Positions 9,460 through 18,935 of a stretch of DNA of 64,000 bases are shown here, piece after piece; the first letter of the stretch is position 1; every line of letters starts with the position of its first letter. The notes below the pieces were generated by a model. It was not told the origin of the DNA and ran no database searches. It worked only from the letters and a program-made list of their open reading frames with translations. This DNA comes from Polyangiaceae bacterium (lineage in GTDB: Bacteria; Myxococcota_A; Polyangia; Polyangiales; Polyangiaceae). The DNA lies in contig JBILLK010000011.1 of the NCBI GenBank assembly GCA_044376115.1, forward strand, positions 224,001 through 288,000, written 5' to 3'. The translations under genes and the position numbers were made by a program.

Positions 9460-11991
9460 ATGCTGCGTTCGCCTCGATTCTCCGCGCCTTTCCTTAGCGT
9501 TGTCGGTCTGGGGTGCTTGGTGGCGTGCGAGTCGCGACAGACTCCCCCGCTGTCGCGAGAGCCAGTCGAACTCGTGAGCGGGGCTTCGTCGGTCGTCGTG
9601 GACGAAGCAAGCGGTTCGATCGAACTCAGGTACGACGGCCAGGTGGTTTCAACGCTCGACCTCGACGCCCTGGCCCTCGGCACGGTGGAGAAGGTGGATG
9701 ACGCCACCAACTACGATCCGTGGGGTTTGGTTGCAGCGCTGCCTACCTACGCACCGCCGCTGGGCTTTGCGATGCGCGGCGTCGAATCCTTCACCGTGGT
9801 GAAGCAAACGAAGGGCGCGTTGACGCTCGATCTCGTTCACGAGGGCGGGCTGCACAGCCAGCTCAGCATCGAGGTCGAACGCGCAGACGCCTTTCGCTTG
9901 CACCTCGATGCCCTCGACAGCGGCAGCGTCGCTTGGTTGAGCTACGGCTTCGCTGTCCCCGATTCGGAGGCCTTCTACGGATTGGGCGAGATCTTCGATC
10001 ACGTCAATCTGCGCGGTAGCAAACGCGCCATGCAGCTCGAGCTCGACGAACTCGAGAGCGCCAACAACGAGGCCCACGTGCCCGTCCCGTTCTTCATCGG
10101 CACTCGCGGCTGGGGGTTCTTCGTCGAGAGTTCACACCCGGGAGCGTTCGATATGGCGGCGACCAACGCTCAGCGTGTCTCCGGTACGTTCGGGCTCGGC
10201 ACCGCGGCTGAGCAAGGCCTCGTGGCCCATTGGTACGCCGCCAAGGAGCCCGCGCTGGTGACCCGCAGCTACTATGAAACCACCGGCTTCCCAGCGCTTC
10301 CGGCGCCGTGGGCGCTCGGCCCGCTGGTGTGGCGCGACGAGAACGAAAGCCAGGCGCAGGTGGAGGCCGATCTCGAGACGATGCGCGATCTCGACCTTGC
10401 AACCACCGGCGTCTGGATCGATCGCCCGTACGCGACCGCGGTCAACACCTTCGATTTCGACGAGCAAAAATTCAGCGACGCGGACGCGATGATCCGCAAA
10501 GCGCGCAACCTTGGATTCGAAGTTGCGCTTTGGCACACGCCCTACCTCGACGAGGCGGATGACAACGCGAAGGAGCTCGTTGCGCAGGCTGAAGCAGGGG
10601 GCTTTTATCCGCCACAGGTAGGGGTTTTGCTCAACGGTTGGGGGCGTCCAATCGACTTTACCAAGCCCGAGGCGGTCGACTTTTGGCAGGGTCTTTTGTC
10701 GAACTACACCGAGGCCGGTATCGCTGGTTTCAAGCTCGATTACGGCGAGGACGTCGTCCCGTCGCTGATCAACGCTCGCAATGTCTACCAATTCAGCGAT
10801 GGCTCCGATGAGCGGACGATGCATCGCGGCTTCACGCTCGCCTACCACCAAACCTACGCCGAGATGCTTCCCAAGGAAGGCGGGCTTTTGCTCGCCCGCG
10901 CAGGCAAGTGGGGCGACCAGAAGCACGCACCGGTGATCTGGCCGGGAGATCTCGACGCTCGTTTCTGGCGCCACCGTGAAAAGGTCAGCGAGAACGGAGA
11001 GAGCTTCATCGCCGTAGGCGGGCTACCGGCCTCGGTGGTGGCGGGCCTTTCGCTCGGCCCTTCGGGCTTTCCCTTCTACGGCGCCGACACCGGTGGCTAC
11101 CGTCATTCACCTCCTGACGCCGAGCTGTTCCGTCGTTGGTTCGAGCAGACGGCGCTGTCCTCGGTCATGCAGATAGGCACGAGCACCAACAACGTCGCGT
11201 GGGAGTTCAACGACGAGGCTTTGCTCGATTCGTACCGCTTCTACACACGCTTGCATCTTCGATTGCACCCCTACCTTTGGTCGCTCGCTCAATCGATCGC
11301 GGTCACCGGCTTGCCGCTGCAGCTGCCCTTCGGCTTGGCGTTTCCCTCCTCGGGAGAGCACCCCGATGACGAGTATCTGCTCGGTCCCTCGCTGCTCGTT
11401 GCACCGATCGTCGAGCCCGCGGTGGACTCGCGGCGCATGCTCTTTCCCGAGGGCGTTTGGCTCGACTTCTGGAGCGGCGCTGTCGCCGAGGGCCCAAGCG
11501 AGTTCGAGATCTTTGCGCCGCTCGGAAGAATCCCTTTGTTCGTGAAGGCCGGTGCGCCCATCCCGATGCTGCGCCCAACGATCGATACGTTGAGCCCAAC
11601 CAACGACCCTTCGCGTGTGGATTCGCTGGCGAGCGACGCAGGTCCACTGTGGGTGCTCGTGAGTGAAGGCCCGCCTGGCTCCTTCGAGCTTTACGACGGC
11701 AGCGCGGTCAGCCAGTCGAGCAGCGGCGGCACCGTGAAGCTCGAGTTCCAGCCAGGAACACGTTGGAACCAGGGCGCTGTATTCGAGCTCTTTGGCTTTG
11801 GTGAATTGGCGCCGGCGAGCGTGAGAGTCGACGGCCTCTTGCTCGAAGCGGCTCCCTCGCTCGCCGAGTTCGAGCTTCGCGCGCAGGGCTTTTACTTCGA
11901 GCCCAACGCCAAGGGCGGCAGTCTGTGGATCAAGGTGGTCGGGACCAGTAGCTCGCGAAGCGTCGTCGTTTCGCCTGCCACTCCACGCTGA
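9460..11991 (+). CDS. Glycoside hydrolase family 31 lipoprotein
   Basis: Lipobox LVAC; FYGLGE, GFKLDYGE nucleophile, WPGD acid/base, DTGGY, YLLGPSLLVAPI. Confidence 0.88.
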   Translation: MLRSPRFSAPFLSVVGLGCLVACESRQTPPLSREPVELVSGASSVVVDEASGSIELRYDGQVVSTLDLDALALGTVEKVDDATNYDPWGLVAALPTYAPPLGFAMRGVESFTVVKQTKGALTLDLVHEGGLHSQLSIEVERADAFRLHLDALDSGSVAWLSYGFAVPDSEAFYGLGEIFDHVNLRGSKRAMQLELDELESANNEAHVPVPFFIGTRGWGFFVESSHPGAFDMAATNAQRVSGTFGLGTAAEQGLVAHWYAAKEPALVTRSYYETTGFPALPAPWALGPLVWRDENESQAQVEADLETMRDLDLATTGVWIDRPYATAVNTFDFDEQKFSDADAMIRKARNLGFEVALWHTPYLDEADDNAKELVAQAEAGGFYPPQVGVLLNGWGRPIDFTKPEAVDFWQGLLSNYTEAGIAGFKLDYGEDVVPSLINARNVYQFSDGSDERTMHRGFTLAYHQTYAEMLPKEGGLLLARAGKWGDQKHAPVIWPGDLDARFWRHREKVSENGESFIAVGGLPASVVAGLSLGPSGFPFYGADTGGYRHSPPDAELFRRWFEQTALSSVMQIGTSTNNVAWEFNDEALLDSYRFYTRLHLRLHPYLWSLAQSIAVTGLPLQLPFGLAFPSSGEHPDDEYLLGPSLLVAPIVEPAVDSRRMLFPEGVWLDFWSGAVAEGPSEFEIFAPLGRIPLFVKAGAPIPMLRPTIDTLSPTNDPSRVDSLASDAGPLWVLVSEGPPGSFELYDGSAVSQSSSGGTVKLEFQPGTRWNQGAVFELFGFGELAPASVRVDGLLLEAAPSLAEFELRAQGFYFEPNAKGGSLWIKVVGTSSSRSVVVSPATPR

Positions 11992-12234
11992 CCCGACCTT
12001 CGAAGCCAATCGCGCGTTCGCGTTGAATCTTCTGCCGCCGCGTTCGTTCAACGACTCGTGCTTCCGGGGCCTCGAGCCGTGTCTCGCACCCGTATGGCGG
12101 GCTCCCACCTAAATCTTGAATCGGAACGATCCGTACTTCCATCGCACGGCTACGACCTGGACAATCGACACGCTTTCTTTGTTAGTGCGGGTGGCCTTTC
12201 CCCCTCGCAGAACCTCTGGCGCCCGGAGAGATCG

Positions 12235-13101
12235 ATGCTGATCCCGCCCCCAACAACCTCGTGCAAAGCCGACCTCGCTGGCCGTCGCGGCAACGGTCTC
12301 GGTGCGAAGCTTTCGCGGCTTACACGGCGGGTCGTTTGGGCTTTGGCCGTCTGCTTCGCGCTGGTGAGTATGCCCTCGTTTGGGCAGGACGTGGCGCAGC
12401 TCCGCAAGGACGTACTCACGGCCTCGGACTTTCGCATCCGCATCACCTCAGCCCTGGCCCTCGGTAAAAAGAAAGACACCGGCAGCGTCTCGACGCTCGG
12501 TCAAGCCCTCAAGGATGACAACTCCGCCGTGCGAGCCGCGGCCGCTGCCGCGCTGGCGCTCATCGGCGACGTCAGTGCGCTGCCCGCGCTGCAACGCGCA
12601 AGGGACGCGGAGAAAGACGCGACCGTAAAGGCCCAGATCGAGAAGTCGATCAACACGCTGAAGCCGAAGACGAAGTACATCGTTTCGTTCGGTAAGATCG
12701 AGAACAAGTCGGGCAACCCCAAGGTGAGCTCGCTCTTCCTGGCCGCCGTCAAAGCGGAGGTCGGTCGTATTCCTGGTGTTGAGGTCGCGTCCTCCAACGC
12801 CGACGCCGAGCGGCTAGCCAAGGAGAAGAGCCTGCCGACGATCGGCTTGGACGGGCGCTTGGTCGCGCTCGGCAAGTCGAATTCTGGTGGGGATGTTTCC
12901 GTGAACGCCAAAGTCGAGTTCGTGATTCGCAAGGACCAGTCGCTCAAGGCCACCGTCAAGGGGGACGCCAAGGCCTTGCTCAACTCCAAGGCGGTCAAGG
13001 GTGAGACCGAGCTCGCCTCGCTGCAGGCGGATGCCGTAACGGCGGCCATTCAGAGCGCGCTCAAAGGCGCTCCCTCGGCGCTCGAGGCCGCAGTCAAGTA
13101 G
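12235..13101 (+). CDS. Exported HEAT-repeat protein
   Basis: Signal-like segment then DFRIRITSALALG and AVRAAAAAALALIG helical repeats; start uncertain. Confidence 0.7.
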   Translation: MLIPPPTTSCKADLAGRRGNGLGAKLSRLTRRVVWALAVCFALVSMPSFGQDVAQLRKDVLTASDFRIRITSALALGKKKDTGSVSTLGQALKDDNSAVRAAAAAALALIGDVSALPALQRARDAEKDATVKAQIEKSINTLKPKTKYIVSFGKIENKSGNPKVSSLFLAAVKAEVGRIPGVEVASSNADAERLAKEKSLPTIGLDGRLVALGKSNSGGDVSVNAKVEFVIRKDQSLKATVKGDAKALLNSKAVKGETELASLQADAVTAAIQSALKGAPSALEAAVK

Positions 13102-13217
13102 CGGTTCTCCGTCTCGAGCTTGAACCGTCTCTGGGTCGAGGGCGCTCCCATCGTCGACCGGCCCAGCGCTGGTTCACGATGAGATCGCCGCGGCGGCTGT
13201 GCTAAGAGTCGGCCGCT

Positions 13218-15935
13218 ATGTCGAGCCAACGAACTGCCAAGGCGATCCGAGAGACCTTCCTCGACTTCTTCCGTGAACGCGGTCACGAGGTCGTGCCGAG
13301 CGCGCCGCTCGTGCCCCAGAACGACCCAACGTTGATGTTCGTCAACGCCGGCATGGTGCAGTTCAAAGACGTCTTCACCGGCAAAGACAAGCGCAACTAC
13401 AAGCGCGCCGCGTCGAGCCAGAAGTGCATTCGCATCAGCGGCAAACACAACGACTTGGAGAATGTCGGCGTGACCGCCCGCCACCACACCTTCTTCGAGA
13501 TGCTCGGCAACTTCAGCTTTGGGGACTATTTCAAAGAGGAGGCCATCGTCTCGGCTTGGGAGCTTTTGACGAAGGTGTACGAGCTCCCCAAAGATCGGCT
13601 CGTCATCACTGTCTTCCGCGGTGAAGAAGGCGTGCCCGCAGATGACGAGGCTGCGGAGATCTGGCGCAAGGTGACCGGCTTCGGAGATGACCGCATCTTG
13701 CGCTTGGGCAAGGAAGACAACTTCTGGTCGATGGGCGACACCGGCCCGTGTGGACCCTGCTCCGAGATCCATTTCTTCCACGGCAATGATCCGGACGTGA
13801 ATCGCTTCGGGGATGAACCTCGGATCGATGGCCTGGGTTGGACCGAGATTTGGAACAACGTCTTCATGCAGTTTGATCGGCCCGCCAAGGACGCGGCGCT
13901 CATCCCGCTTCCCGCCCCGTCGATCGATACCGGCATGGGGCTCGAGCGCATCGCCTGCGCCGTTCAGGGGGTGACCAGCAACTACGACACGGATCTGTTG
14001 CGCGGGCTGGTCGAGAAGGCCGCCTCGATCGCGAAGAAGAGCTACGGCGGCTCGCTCTCCGAAGACGACGTTTCGATGCGCGTGATCGCCGACCACGCCC
14101 GCACCACGGCCTTCCTGATGGCCGAGGGCATCATGCCCGAGCGCAACAAGCGCGAGTACATCCTGCGGCGGGTGATGCGTCGAGCGATCCGCCACGGCCA
14201 GCGCCTCGGCATCGATCGCCCCTTTTTGCACGAGGTCGCTCAAGAGGTCGTCGATCGCATGGGCGATACGTACCCTGAGCTGGTTGAGCGCAAAGAGCTG
14301 ATCGCGCGGGTGACCGAAGACGAGGAGGTTCGCTTCCGCATCACCTTGAAGCGCGGTCTCTCCATCCTCGATGAGCACTTCACCGGCCTGCGCGAGAAGG
14401 GCGCGACCGAGCTCACCCCGGAGGTCGCCGCTGACCTTTATTCGACCTACGGTTTCCCGCTCGATCTAACCGAGGTGATTTGTCGTGAAGGAGGCTTTGC
14501 TGTCGACGCCGAGGCCGCCAACAAGCTCGTCAAGGGTGTCGGCGGGGACGGACCGATCAACCCCGAGGACGCCCTGGACCCGGTGTACCACGCGCTGAAG
14601 CAGGATCTCCCGGCGACCCAGTTCACCGGCTATGAGCGCGAAGAAGGTGAGAGTCAGATCACCGCGCTAGTGCGGCTGGAGCAAGCGGGCGGTCGAACGA
14701 CACGCACGCGCGTGCAAACGGCTGAGGCCGGCACCGAGGTGGAGATTGTCACCGCGGTAACGCCTTTCTATTCGGAGAGTGGCGGCCAGGTTGGAGATCA
14801 GGGCTGGGTTCGCAAGGATGGCGCCGTGGTGCGGATCAGCGATACGCAGCGCCCGGTCCCCGGCCTCGTCGTGATGCGCGGTACCGTTGAATCGGGCAGC
14901 TTCGCCGTTGGAGACGGCGTGCAGCTCGAGGTGGACCACGCGCTACGAAGCGAGACGCGGCGCAATCACTCGGCCACGCATTTGCTGCATTGGGCGCTGA
15001 AGGTGGTGCTCGGTGAGCACGCGATGCAGAAGGGCTCGCGCGTCGGTCCCGACATCCTTCGTTTTGACTTCGCGCATAACCGCACGCTCACGTCCGAAGA
15101 GATCGCGCGGATCGAGGATCTCGTGAACGCGAAGATCCTGGAGAACGCGCCTGTGTTGACCCACGTACTGCCGATCGACGAGGCCAAGAAGCAAGGTGCC
15201 GTCGCGATCTTCGAGGAGAAATACGGGGATGTCGTGCGCATGTTGACGATGACCAAAGACTCGGTGGAGTTGTGCGGGGGCACCCATGCGCGCGCTCTCG
15301 GTGACATCGGGTTTTTCCGCATCGACTCTGACTCCAGCGTGGCGGCTGGCGTGAGGCGCGTCTTCGCTTCGACCGGAACCAACGCCATTCGCGAGGTGCG
15401 GAAGTCGGAGGATGAACTCTCGCGCGTGCGAGCCTTGGTCAAAGCCCAAGGGGGTGACTTGGTGGACAAGGTCTCGCGGTTGCTTCAGAGCGAGCGCGAG
15501 CTGAGTAAGAAGGTCGCTGAACTCAACCGCAAGATCCTCGAAGGCGGAGCTTCTGGCGGTGGCCTCGAGGGCATGCTCGAGGCTGCCGTGACGATCGATG
15601 AGGTTCGCTGTTTGGCGTCCCGGCTCCCTGATGGCACGCAGGTGGGCTCGCTGCGCGAGCTCGCCGAGAAGCTGCGTGACAAGCTCGGTGAACAGAGCGC
15701 CGTGTTGCTCGCGACGCACGTGGACGGCAAGGTTGCGTTCTGCGTGATGGTGTCGAAGGCCGCTACGGCGAAGCTCTCCGCCGGTTCAATCGCTAAGGAG
15801 ATCGCCAAGGTTGTCGGCGGCAACGGCGGCGGGCGCCCCGATATGGCGCAGGGCGGTGGTACGCAGGTTGGTGAGCTCGATCGTTCGCTGACCGTCTTCT
15901 TCGACGAGATCCGCAAGGCTCGCGGAGTGAACTGA
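13218..15935 (+). CDS. alaS: Alanine--tRNA ligase
   Basis: FVNAGM, HHTFFEMLGNFSFGDYFK, DTGMGLER, editing HSATH and CGGTH, C-terminal GGGRPDMAQG. Confidence 0.99.
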   Translation: MSSQRTAKAIRETFLDFFRERGHEVVPSAPLVPQNDPTLMFVNAGMVQFKDVFTGKDKRNYKRAASSQKCIRISGKHNDLENVGVTARHHTFFEMLGNFSFGDYFKEEAIVSAWELLTKVYELPKDRLVITVFRGEEGVPADDEAAEIWRKVTGFGDDRILRLGKEDNFWSMGDTGPCGPCSEIHFFHGNDPDVNRFGDEPRIDGLGWTEIWNNVFMQFDRPAKDAALIPLPAPSIDTGMGLERIACAVQGVTSNYDTDLLRGLVEKAASIAKKSYGGSLSEDDVSMRVIADHARTTAFLMAEGIMPERNKREYILRRVMRRAIRHGQRLGIDRPFLHEVAQEVVDRMGDTYPELVERKELIARVTEDEEVRFRITLKRGLSILDEHFTGLREKGATELTPEVAADLYSTYGFPLDLTEVICREGGFAVDAEAANKLVKGVGGDGPINPEDALDPVYHALKQDLPATQFTGYEREEGESQITALVRLEQAGGRTTRTRVQTAEAGTEVEIVTAVTPFYSESGGQVGDQGWVRKDGAVVRISDTQRPVPGLVVMRGTVESGSFAVGDGVQLEVDHALRSETRRNHSATHLLHWALKVVLGEHAMQKGSRVGPDILRFDFAHNRTLTSEEIARIEDLVNAKILENAPVLTHVLPIDEAKKQGAVAIFEEKYGDVVRMLTMTKDSVELCGGTHARALGDIGFFRIDSDSSVAAGVRRVFASTGTNAIREVRKSEDELSRVRALVKAQGGDLVDKVSRLLQSERELSKKVAELNRKILEGGASGGGLEGMLEAAVTIDEVRCLASRLPDGTQVGSLRELAEKLRDKLGEQSAVLLATHVDGKVAFCVMVSKAATAKLSAGSIAKEIAKVVGGNGGGRPDMAQGGGTQVGELDRSLTVFFDEIRKARGVN

Positions 15936-15972
15936 GCGGCGGAGTTCGCGCGCTGACCGTGCGCGGTCAGCG

Positions 15973-18720
15973 TCAGCGAAAGAGGATCAACGCCAGGGCG
16001 AGGCCAACGGCCGCAAAGGCCAAGCCCAGGCCGATTCCGATCAGCATGCCGGTCGACCCGGTGAGCGAGTCGATCTGTCCGACGAGGCCTGCCTTGGGGA
16101 TCGGCCGCCTTCGTGCGACCGTCGATTCGTTCCAGCCGCCAAGCGGAGCCAACGAGGGCGGGGAGCGCTCAGCACGTGAGGCGGCTGCCTTCGCCATCGT
16201 CTCTTGCGGGTTCATTCGCACCGTCGACTTCACTTCCGCTTGGCGGTGCTCGGCCTCCTCATTCATGCGGGCGGTTGCGGCCATCGCCCGCATACCGTCG
16301 GCGTCGTGGCTCGGTGGCGGCGCACCATGCGTTGGGTAGCCCTGCGGATACACCGATGGTTGAGCCTTCTGCGGGGGAAAGCCGTTATTCGCGAAGCCGG
16401 TGTTGCGGTCGAAGCCGGGGGAAGCTTGATGAGGATTGGCGTTGGGTTCACGCCCAGCAGCGTGTTGGGAGGGGTTTGCGCTGGGGGTCGCGGGAGTGTT
16501 TCCGGATGGCGCGTGCATCGGGGCTGCATGCATTGCGGGCGTGTGGCTTGGTGCGTTCTGTCCAGCCGCAGCCGTGGGCTGCAAACCTGGAGTTTGCATT
16601 CCTGGAGCTTGCATAGCCGAGGCCGCTGCATGCATGCCGGAGGCTGCCGGATGCATGCCGGAGGCCGGATGCATGCCCGAGCCCGCGAGATGCATGCCGG
16701 AAGCAGCGGGATTTACTCCTGAGCTCGCGAAGTTGATCGGCGCTGGTGCGGGGCTCGAGGCCTGATTGGGCGACGCAAGGGTGCTGCGCTGGCTAGGCTC
16801 GTCCATCACCAGCGTCTTCACGACGCTGGGGACCGACGCCACGCCCGGATCACGAATGAAGGTCGCAGGCTCATCGTCATCGACCTCGGAGGCGCCAGTG
16901 CCCGCGAAGACGTCGGTATCCGTGGTACTCGCAGCAAGCTTTGTTGGTTCGGTCCCGAGTGCGGCGTTCTCCGCTCGCAGCGCGATCCCTCCAACGTGTT
17001 GAAGCGCGGTCGGGGTCAACCCCGTCTCGGTGTTGGTGGGCGTTACCATGGGCGCGGCCCGCGCGGGCTCGCTGCTCGAGTTGGTCGTCCCTGTCCCAGC
17101 GCTCGAACGAGCGGTGGGTGAGCTCAAATTGAGTGGACGGCGATCGCGTGCGGGCAGGCCTGCTTTCGGCGTGGCGTCGACGGGCTTGGGGGCTGCATCA
17201 CTTGGGCGTCGCGTCAGTTCGGGGCGTGGCGCCGCCGAGCTGTTGCTCGTGCGCATCGGACTCGCCGCCGTTCGCGCAGGTGCCCCACGCTGCGCTGCGA
17301 GGGCGGGCTTCGCCGCTCCCACGGCAGGCTTTTCGGTTGTGCTCCGGCTACGGTCCACAGGCGCCGTGGGCGGTGCTGCGCTGCGCGGGGCTGCATTCGT
17401 GGGCAGGGTAGCCGCAGGATTCGTCGTCGAGGGAGCCGTCGTCGACGGCAACGCCGTCGACGGCATCTCGGTCGATGGCATCGCCGTCTCAGGCATGGTC
17501 GTGGAGGGGCCGTCTCCCTCCACCTTGTCTGCGGGGATCAGGAACGTGCGGGGCTCGTCGTCGTCGTCATCGTTGCGCGCGTCCTTCGCGCGGATGGCAG
17601 GCGCATCCCGCTTGGTCGAAAGCGGAAGCTCCGCAAGGTTTCTCTCCGTTTGAGATGGTTGTTCGGCACGGTTGAGCCGGACACCTCGAAGAGGCGTCGT
17701 GCCAAGCCCACCCGTGCCGCTCGTGATCGCCGGACTGCGTTCGCCGGCGGGCGCAGCCGAAATGCGCTTGGGGGCTTCCTTGCGAGCGCCTTCGGGCAAC
17801 ACGAGGTCTCCTCGGTCAGGAAGGCTAGGCAAGGCTGCATACAATTCGTCTCGGAGCTGTTCCGCCGTTTGTTGCCGCTCGCCGGGCCACTTGGCGAGTG
17901 CCTTCAAGATCGTTCGCTCGATCGCCGGCGCCAGTCCGCGACGCAACTCGCTTGGGTTGCGCGGCTGGGCGTGAATGTGCCGCATTGCTGTATGCAGCGG
18001 CGTTTCACCTGAGAAGGGAAGCTCGCCGGTGACGAGCTGATAGAGCAGTACTCCGCATGCGTAGATGTCGCTGCGACCGTCGATGTCTCCGCCGCGGCAC
18101 TGTTCCGGCGACATATAGGCCGGCGTTCCGACGATGGTCCCGACGCGCGTGAGAGCCGTCTTGGTAACGTAGGAAGGTGGGTCCTCCGAACCCGCGGCAC
18201 CCTTGCCAAGATCGAGAATCTTCGCGATACCAAAATCAAGGACCTTGGCTCGCTCCTTTCCGAGCTCTTGTGGCTCCGGAACCAGCAAGATGTTCTCGGG
18301 CTTCAAATCGCGGTGAACGATCCCTTTGGCGTGCGCCGCTGTGAGCGCGCTGCAAACCTGACTCAGGATCAGGGCTGCACGCGTCTGCCTCATCGGCCGC
18401 TCTTGGCTAAGGGCGCGCAGGAGGTCGATCCCGCTGGCCAGCTCCATCGAGATGAAGGCTTCCTCCCCCTGCACTCCCCACTCGAGGATCTCGATTACGT
18501 TGGGGTGGCGCAGATGGCTCGCCGCTTTGGCTTCGCGTTCGAACCGGCGCAGGACCATCGGATCTCGCGTGAGCTCGCGTTTCAGCAGCTTGAGCGCGAC
18601 AGCCACCTGTCGTTTCTCATCGAAGGCGGAGAACACGGTGGCCATGCCACCGCGTCCCAAGATCGTCTCGATGCGAAATCGCCCGAGAACGGTTCCACCG
18701 ATCTGGGCCTCCGGTTCCAT
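15973..18720 (-). CDS. Hanks-type Ser/Thr protein kinase with long disordered region and C-terminal membrane anchor
   Basis: LGRGGMATV, HRDLKPEN, DFG, GTPAYMSPE; start moved to ATG 18720 (MEPEAQ). Confidence 0.93.
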   Translation of the reverse strand: MEPEAQIGGTVLGRFRIETILGRGGMATVFSAFDEKRQVAVALKLLKRELTRDPMVLRRFEREAKAASHLRHPNVIEILEWGVQGEEAFISMELASGIDLLRALSQERPMRQTRAALILSQVCSALTAAHAKGIVHRDLKPENILLVPEPQELGKERAKVLDFGIAKILDLGKGAAGSEDPPSYVTKTALTRVGTIVGTPAYMSPEQCRGGDIDGRSDIYACGVLLYQLVTGELPFSGETPLHTAMRHIHAQPRNPSELRRGLAPAIERTILKALAKWPGERQQTAEQLRDELYAALPSLPDRGDLVLPEGARKEAPKRISAAPAGERSPAITSGTGGLGTTPLRGVRLNRAEQPSQTERNLAELPLSTKRDAPAIRAKDARNDDDDDEPRTFLIPADKVEGDGPSTTMPETAMPSTEMPSTALPSTTAPSTTNPAATLPTNAAPRSAAPPTAPVDRSRSTTEKPAVGAAKPALAAQRGAPARTAASPMRTSNSSAAPRPELTRRPSDAAPKPVDATPKAGLPARDRRPLNLSSPTARSSAGTGTTNSSSEPARAAPMVTPTNTETGLTPTALQHVGGIALRAENAALGTEPTKLAASTTDTDVFAGTGASEVDDDEPATFIRDPGVASVPSVVKTLVMDEPSQRSTLASPNQASSPAPAPINFASSGVNPAASGMHLAGSGMHPASGMHPAASGMHAAASAMQAPGMQTPGLQPTAAAGQNAPSHTPAMHAAPMHAPSGNTPATPSANPSQHAAGREPNANPHQASPGFDRNTGFANNGFPPQKAQPSVYPQGYPTHGAPPPSHDADGMRAMAATARMNEEAEHRQAEVKSTVRMNPQETMAKAAASRAERSPPSLAPLGGWNESTVARRRPIPKAGLVGQIDSLTGSTGMLIGIGLGLAFAAVGLALALILFR

Positions 18721-18935
18721 CGTGCCAACGTACAAAAGAGCTCGCACGAAGTCGAAGGAACAACCGGGGGCAAGGACGGTTGACCGAACCTTCGCTTGAC
18801 GCGGGGCAAAGCTCCTGTCACCTTGGCCACCGTCACTGAGGTGGGAGCCCGCGGCTTCCCGGTGGCGTATCGATCGCGAAATACCGGCTCTGTGCTTGGG
18901 TAACACCCGGCGGGCCGAGGGGAATTGGAACAGAA

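Noticed and set aside
13050..14378. 442-aa antisense ORF over alaS, and similar long shadow ORFs (3369-4676, 6441-7376, 11107-12108)
   Set aside because: Typical high-GC antisense frames with no motifs, lying opposite clearly real genes
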